From contig CP086569.2 of the NCBI GenBank assembly GCA_009914755.4, positions 15,776,001 through 15,840,000 of the forward strand: a stretch of 64,000 nt of DNA, in the 5' to 3' direction. Below the pieces are notes generated by a model that did not search any database, had not been told where the DNA came from, and saw nothing but the letters and a program-made list of their open reading frames with translations. This document shows positions 58,070 through 64,000 of the stretch, one piece after another. This DNA comes from the human T2T-CHM13v2.0 reference genome, Homo sapiens. The stretch's first letter is position 1; every line of letters starts with the position of its first letter. The translations under genes and the position numbers were made by a program.

Positions 58070-60385
58070 TGCTAGTTATTTCTTAATACTCCCTTTGCAG
58101 AATGCGTCTTTCATGGGGTTATCCGTATTCTGTTTACTATTACATTTCATTTTATTTCTTTTGTTTGTTTTGCCTTTAAAAACTTAGAATCTCCAAGATG
58201 GTAATGTGACCCCTGTTTACAAATTCACATGTGAAGTTTACAACTTCACATTAAATTTGTGTTCTGACTTGGGATAACGTCTTAATTACCAAATATCTGT
58301 GACTCTAAGCAGCTCATTTTTCTTCACATGTTAATCTGATAATGCATTTTCTAAAAAGTTAATTGTGTTAGTTTTTTTTACATTTGTGCAATGATTTGTC
58401 ACAAACTTAACAGCTACAGCACCATGTAATGATTTATCAAAAACTTAACAGCTTGCAACAGCACACATTGATCATCTCACAATTTCTGTTGTTCAGTCAT
58501 CTTACCAAACTCACTTGTATCCTCTGCTCTGAGTCAAAAAAAGCAGAAATCAAGGAGTCAATCAAGGCTATGGTCTCCTTGAGGTTAGGGAGTCCTCTTT
58601 CAAATTTATTTATTGAAAGAATATATTATATTTTCTTGCAGCTATGTAACTCACACTGTCCTGATTGTTTAAAATCAGCAATTGACAGCCATTCTTCAGG
58701 AGGGATTCTTCTTTTAAGAGATGTTACCTGATTGAATCAGATTTCATTTATCTACCAAATGGATATTAGAAGAATAACAGCCATTAAATGAACTAAACCT
58801 AAACTGATTTGCAAATTAGCTCGCCCCCTTTGAGATATTCTATTAGTGAGGAGTTGGTCACAGGTTCTGCTTGCACTAGGTGGAGAGAATTATACAAAAA
58901 AGTAACCCTTTTGGGGTTCTGTCAGGGTGTGCCCATCAATATGCATTGTCTTCTTCATAATCTTTTAAAAAAACATTCCGAGAAAGAAAAATCTTTCAAT
59001 CTTCAGTAGGCAGAGAATGGCACTTTCTATTACAGACTCTTGGATTCAGCCCATTCTTTATCACTTGTGGAAGACAACTTTCCATGGAGATTTTCTCCCT
59101 CTGTTTCGAATTTATTGTTTAAACGGAAAATAAATTTTTTTATGGTTTGATTACCAATTTTGTATCTTATCATTCATTTATAAAAAATAAGATTCCCAGT
59201 AATAATTTAATAGCTTTGATTTTGGAAGTACTTTTTACTTGTGTGTGCTAGTGGGGGTGTTAGATTGTGTCACGGAGGAAGACTTTTGAACTTACTAAGG
59301 CTTTAATCTTTCTAAATCTCATTTTTCTCAGTCATAACAGTGGAATAATGCTCACGAGTACAGTGTGAGTGCATATAAGCTAGTCTTATGTAAACATTTT
59401 TGTAACAATTAAATAATTTTGTAACAATTAAATAATTTTATAACAATCATAAAAAATGTGTAACACATCATGAAAACATTTTTGTATAGTTAAGTATACC
59501 ATAATATTGATGTTACTACTAAGGATAACAGAAATAGTGAGATCATCAAATCAAAGTAACAAAACTCTAGAACTTACCCAGTTTTATTAGTAATTTAAAG
59601 TACACAGATAATTATGAAGTACAGTTAAAATTGGAGATGGTATGGGACATTCATCACTGGTCCCAAAGTAATTCTTTGTCACACCAACATATGTACATAT
59701 GCTGGATATATGTACATCCCAGTACATATCCACTGACTGGATATATTTCTGTCTTTAGTGCATAAAGTTACATTATTAATATGGAAGGGAGCAACTTTGG
59801 GTGTAAAATTTTTCTAATGTCTACTCATCTAATTACATAAAAGTTTTCACGGTGCCATTTTCTATAATTTCATAAAGTCCAGGTCTGCTTATCAGAAGTG
59901 ATTCTAGCCAGGCTTCTTACATCCAACCAAGAGCATTCCACATTTAATGACTCTTCCTCTGGCAAAAAAATAGTAAGTGTCCAGGAGGTTTCTCCCTGAC
60001 ATGTTTTCAAGGGGATTTGACCAGTTTACTTCTCTTCTTCCTTTACCAGGGGCTTCTATCTTCCCCATAAAAGGGAAGTATGAATTGCAGAGCTGTTATT
60101 TCACACCTTTCTTCCCTCTGTTGATAATGAGCAGTCAGACACAGTGGTTTTCACTTGGTGTTTCCCAAAGCCTTGGATGATAGTACATAGAAGTTTCTTC
60201 AGCAGCAAATGTTGAGAAAATCCACCTGTGTAGAGACAATGTTGGCTTCCCTAACCTTTTCCTCAACTAAGTCATTTTTTTCTATATTCTGTACAAATTA
60301 GACTCCTGCCCATGATTCTACCAGAACCAAGGATTTTGTAGCTCAAAAAGTTATGTTTGTACCAATGTTAAAAGAACATAATAAT

Positions 60386-60748
60386 TGATATGGTTTGGCT
60401 GTGTCCCAACCTAAATCATAATTTGAATTGTAGCTTCCATAATCGCCATGTGTCATGGGCGGGACCTGGTGGAAGGTAATTAAATCATGGGGGTGGGTTT
60501 TTCCCATGCTGCTTTCATGATAGTGAATAAATCTCATGAGATCTGATGGTTTTATAAAGGCAGTTCCCCTGCACACACTCTCTTTCCTGCCACCATGTAA
60601 CATGTGTCTTTGCTTCTCCTTCACCTTACACCATGATTGTGAGCCGTCCCCCACCATGTGGAAGAGTGAAAAGAAAAACTTCTTTTTCTTTATAAATTAC
60701 CCGGTCTCAGGTATGTCCTTATCCCAGCGTGAGAATGCACTAGAGAAT
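60386..60748 (+). mobile_element. THE1-like ERVL-MaLR solo LTR
   Basis: tgatatggtttggctgtgtcccaacctaaatcataatttgaattgtagcttccataatcgccatgtgtcatgggcgggacctggtggaaggtaattaaatcatgggggtgggtttttcccatgctgctttcatgatagtgaataaatctcatgagatctgatggttttataaaggcagttcccctgcacacactctctttcctgccaccatgtaacatgtg...cccagcgtgagaatgcactagagaata. Nearly collinear with THE1B as recalled. Confidence 0.9.
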
Positions 60749-61299
60749 AATTTTTTTTATCCTGTAACAAAGAAAATGTAGGCATAAAAGGCAGTCATGG
60801 ATTAAGGATAATTTTTGAGGATTATAGAAAGGAGAAACATTGTTCTCAACTGGGAGGCTTTCCTTTTTCACATTTCTCTGCTCTTCTACTGAATTCTATA
60901 AATATTAAATTTATTTCAATGCTCAGCTTAGCATGTTTTCCCACTGAGTCATAATAGGCACTGATATAGTGCTTTCTCTCTCCTCTGAACAAAAAGACAT
61001 ACTGTTTTTTCTACTATTTTGGTAGTTATTTTCCTACTATATCATGAGAACTTTTTTCTCATACTGATATTTTCGTTCACCTTTTCCTGTTTCCTCTCAG
61101 GAAAGTAGCATAGAAAGCATACATTTCTCTCAAAAGTAGTAATTCCCATGAGGGCAGAGATTACATTTTAGCATGCATCATTTATTTCCAAAGTAGTTCA
61201 TTAAGGACATATTAGACTCATAAAGGGTGACTTTAATAGTTTCATATGTTGCTATGCTATTTTGAATGAATGTGCCCCTACTTGGCTACATAGCTTTCT

Positions 61300-62015
61300 T
61301 ATTGGCATATACTATTTGTACATATTTATGGGGCACAAGTGGTATTTTGTTCCATGCATAGAATGTGTAATGATCAAATCAGGGTATATGGGGTATCCAT
61401 AACCTTAAACGTTTATTATTTCTTTGCGTTGGGAATATTTCAAATCTCTTCTAGTTATTTGAAATATGGACTAGAATTGTTGCTAACTATAGTCACCCTG
61501 CTGTGCTAAAGAACATTAGCACATATTCCTTCTATCTAACTGTGCGTTTGTGCCCATTCACCAGTCTCTCTTCATCCCTCACCATTCCCAGCCTCTGGTA
61601 ATCTTCATTCTACTCTCTACTTCCATGAGGTCAACTTTCCTCAGCTCCCACATATGAATGAGAATATGCAATATTTGTCTTTCTGTGCCTGGCTTATTTT
61701 CTTTAACATAATGGATGTTCCATCCATCATTCTGCAAATGACAATATTTCTTTCTTTTAAAAAGCTGAGTAGCATTCTGTTGAGAATATATACCACATTT
61801 TCCTTATCCATTTATCTGTTGGTGGACTCTTATGCTGATTCGATAACTTTATTATTGTGAATAGTGCTGCCATAAACATGCGAGTGCAGGTATCCCTTGA
61901 TATACTGACTTCTTTTTCTTTGAATAAATACCCAGTAGTGGATTTGCTGGACTATATGGTAGTTCTATTTTCAGTTTTTTGAGAAAACTCCATGATGCTT
62001 TCCTTAATGGCTGTA
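61300..62015 (-). mobile_element. Old primate L1 (L1PB/L1MA-like) 3' end
   Basis: ...tgtacatatttatggggcacaagtggtattttgttccatgcatagaatgtgtaatgatcaaatcagggtatatggggtatccataaccttaaacgtttattatttctttgcgttgggaatatttcaaatctcttctagttatttgaaatatggactagaattgttgctaactatagtcaccctgctgtgctaaagaacattagcacatattccttctatctaactgtgcgtttgtgcccattcaccagtctctcttcatccc...cagctcccacatatgaatgagaatatgcaatatttgtctttctgtgcctggcttattttctttaacataatg...ccatttatctgttggtggactcttatgctgattcgataactttattattgtgaatagtgctgccataaacatgcgagtgcag...tacccagtagtggatttgctggactatatggtagttctattttcagttttttgag. Confidence 0.85.
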
Positions 62016-62654
62016 GTATCTGCTAGTACATTGATAAAGAGCATATAATTTGTGGCAAGAATTTGCTTATTTTAGCATCAATTTCTATCATAAATTGTTT
62101 AGGCCAAAACAGAAATGATGTAAAAAATACATATATCTTGTTTCCATTCTCCCACAAATGGTGAAAACATATTTATTTCAGGAGAATGAAACAAATAGAA
62201 ACAAAACCACTACATATTTATTCATAGACAGTCCACAGTATATTACTTTGTCCATAGTTATGAAAAACATTGGAATGGTCAGTGAGATGCAACTTAGCCA
62301 GCAAGCATTTGAAACACAGTAAAACATTTGAAAATGTGTCTAATGTATATCCCAGGAGCATTTTACCAATGCATATAAATGAATTTAGATACCAGACTCC
62401 GCTTACATTCCTTTTTTTTTATGATTACCCTCCTCAGTTCTGGTTAACATTGAACTAACTTACCTGAAAGGTAAAGATCTTACCTGGAATAGTTGTTGAA
62501 GATGCTGCAGTGTTAACCCTGGTTTTCAGCAACAGGTGACGCTCTCTTTCATCAACTTCATTCCCTGATGGCATGAATTCTGCTGCCTTTTTCTTCTTGA
62601 CAGGCTGTGTTAAAATATTTTTAAGATTTATTTCATTTTAGTATTATTTATTTA

Positions 62655-62800
62655 CTTATTTCAATAGCCTTTGGGGTACACATGGTTTTTGGTTAGATGG
62701 ATGAAGTATATAGCGGTGAAGTCTGAGATTTTAGTGTACCTGTCACCTAAATAGTGTACATTGTACCTGGTATGTACTTTTTTATCCTTCACTCCCCTCT
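62655..62800 (-). mobile_element. Very short L1 (L1PA-old/L1PB-like) 3'-tip fragment
   Basis: ttcaatagcctttggggtacacatggtttttggttagatggatgaagtatatagcggtgaagtctgagattttagtgtacctgtcacctaaatagtgtacattgtacctggtatgtacttttttatccttcactcccc. It parallels the reverse-complemented L1 3' end (tttagggggtacatgtgcaggtttgttacatgggtatattgcgtgatgctgaggtttggggtat...cccaggtagtgagcatagtacccaataggtagtttttcaaccc). Confidence 0.6.
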
Positions 62801-63039
62801 CTTTTTTTAATTATGGTCTTTATTTTGTCAATTGAGCCTGGAAACTGATTTCGTGTCACACACACCTTCATTTGAACTTCTAAACTCTCTCATCTCCTAG
62901 GCACTGAAGTAATTCATAATGTTGATGGAAAAGGATGATGATGTTTAATTATTATCCACAGGAATAACTTAACTGAACTCACAATCTCCAATAGAGTTTC
63001 TACTTTGTTATTTTTTCAGGGGTGGAGTGATATTTTTCT

Positions 63040-63700
63040 TTCTATCTGTTTATTTTCTTCCAACTTTTATTTTAGATTTAGGGTTACGTGTGCAGTTTTG
63101 TTATATGGGTAAACTGGGTGTCAGAGGAATTTGGTGTACAAATTATTTCTCCAGGCAGGTAATTAGCATAGTATTCAATGAGTGGTTCTTCAACCTTCTC
63201 CCTTGTCCCACCTCCCACTCTCAAGTAGGCTCCAGAACCTATTGTTTTCTTTTTTTTGTTTCCATGTGTGCGCAATGTTTAGCCCTCACTTATAAGTAAA
63301 AATGTGGCATTTCATTTTCTGTTTCTGTGTTAGTTTGCTTAGGATAATGGTCTCCAGTTGCATCTGTGTTGCTGCAAAGAAAATGGTTTCATTCTTTTTT
63401 TATGGTTGCATAGTATTCTATGATGCATATGTACCACATTTTCTTTATCCAGGCTTCCATTGATGGGCATCTAAGTTGATTCAATGTCCTTTCTATGGTG
63501 AGTTGTGCTGCAATGAATGAACATACTCGTATGTCTTTTTCATACAATGATTTATGTTACTTTGGGTATATACCCAGTAATGGGATTGCTGGGTCAAACG
63601 ATAATTCTTTTTTAAGTCCTTTGAGAAATCCCCAAACTGCTTTCCACAGTGGCTGCTGGTGGGAATGTAAACTACTTCAGCTATTACATTCTTTATAAAT
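63040..63700 (-). mobile_element. L1PB-like L1 3' end
   Basis: ttttagatttagggttacgtgtgcagttttgttatatgggtaaactgggtgtcagaggaatttggtgtacaaattatttctccaggcaggtaattagcatagtattcaatgagtggttcttcaaccttctccc...ccatgtgtgcgcaatgtttagccctcacttataagtaaaaatgtggcatttcattttctgtttctgtgttagtttgcttaggataatggtctccagttgcatctgtgttgctgcaaagaaaatggtttcattctttttttatggttgcatagtattctatgatgcatatgtaccacattttctttatccag...tacccagtaatgggattgctgggtcaaacgataattc...ctttccacagtggctg. Confidence 0.85.
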
Positions 63701-64000
63701 TTTTATATTTTGTCTGCAAATAACTCATAAATCTTTAAATAAATTGTTCATTGTTTCCCTTTCCAACTCATCTGTAATTTTCATGAAACGGAAAAAAATA
63801 AGTTTCTTCATTATTTCACTGCTTTAAATTAGACTAATTCTGCCTCTGCTTCTGAGAGCAGGATTCAGGCCAAAATCAGCTTGGTTGAGCACCTCAGAAC
63901 ATCTACGTGTCTCTGGGCAAATACTGTGGCTAACTACACCTGGAATAGACCCAGCTGTACCCTGGAAAGGGCAGTAATATGAGAACAGAAGACAGAGACA

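Overview
This window is not prokaryotic. It is primate (human-like) nuclear genomic DNA: AT-rich, with no CpG island, and dominated by interspersed repeats, which is typical of an intron or gene-poor interval. I recognise these elements directly from the sequence:

- About 17 Alu SINEs, several with clear target-site duplications (TSDs).
- At least 10 L1 LINE pieces. One is a full-length ~6.1 kb L1PA with 5'UTR, ORF1 and ORF2, all decayed. It carries a nested young AluY and is itself inserted inside an older 5'-truncated L1.
- A second ~4.6 kb L1PA.
- An L1 internal fragment lacking both ends.
- A degraded HERV-K(HML)-like provirus (env-pol-gag-LTR remnants, minus strand) that runs off the left edge and is abutted by an L1 3' fragment.
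- An LTR12-like (HERV9 LTR) fragment with CCAAT repeats.
- Two ERVL-MaLR (MST/THE1-like) solo LTRs.
- Several microsatellites: (TA)n, (CA)n, (AAAAC)n, and a ~240 bp GGAA-like purine tract.

Every long ORF in the six-frame track is explained by transposon-derived coding remnants (L1 ORF1/ORF2, ERV gag/pol/env) or by read-through of Alu, LTR or low-complexity sequence. I found no convincing host protein-coding exon, no rRNA or tRNA gene, no CRISPR array and no operon-like organisation. I found no evidence for a novel or undescribed biological system. The noteworthy observations are structural: three-level nested retrotransposition, young TSD-verified Alu insertions, atypically truncated L1 forms, a strong antisense bias of long L1/ERV elements, and a few repeat-derived candidate regulatory elements. 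Coordinates of repeat ends are approximate (about ±10 bp) because they were set by eye against remembered consensus sequences.
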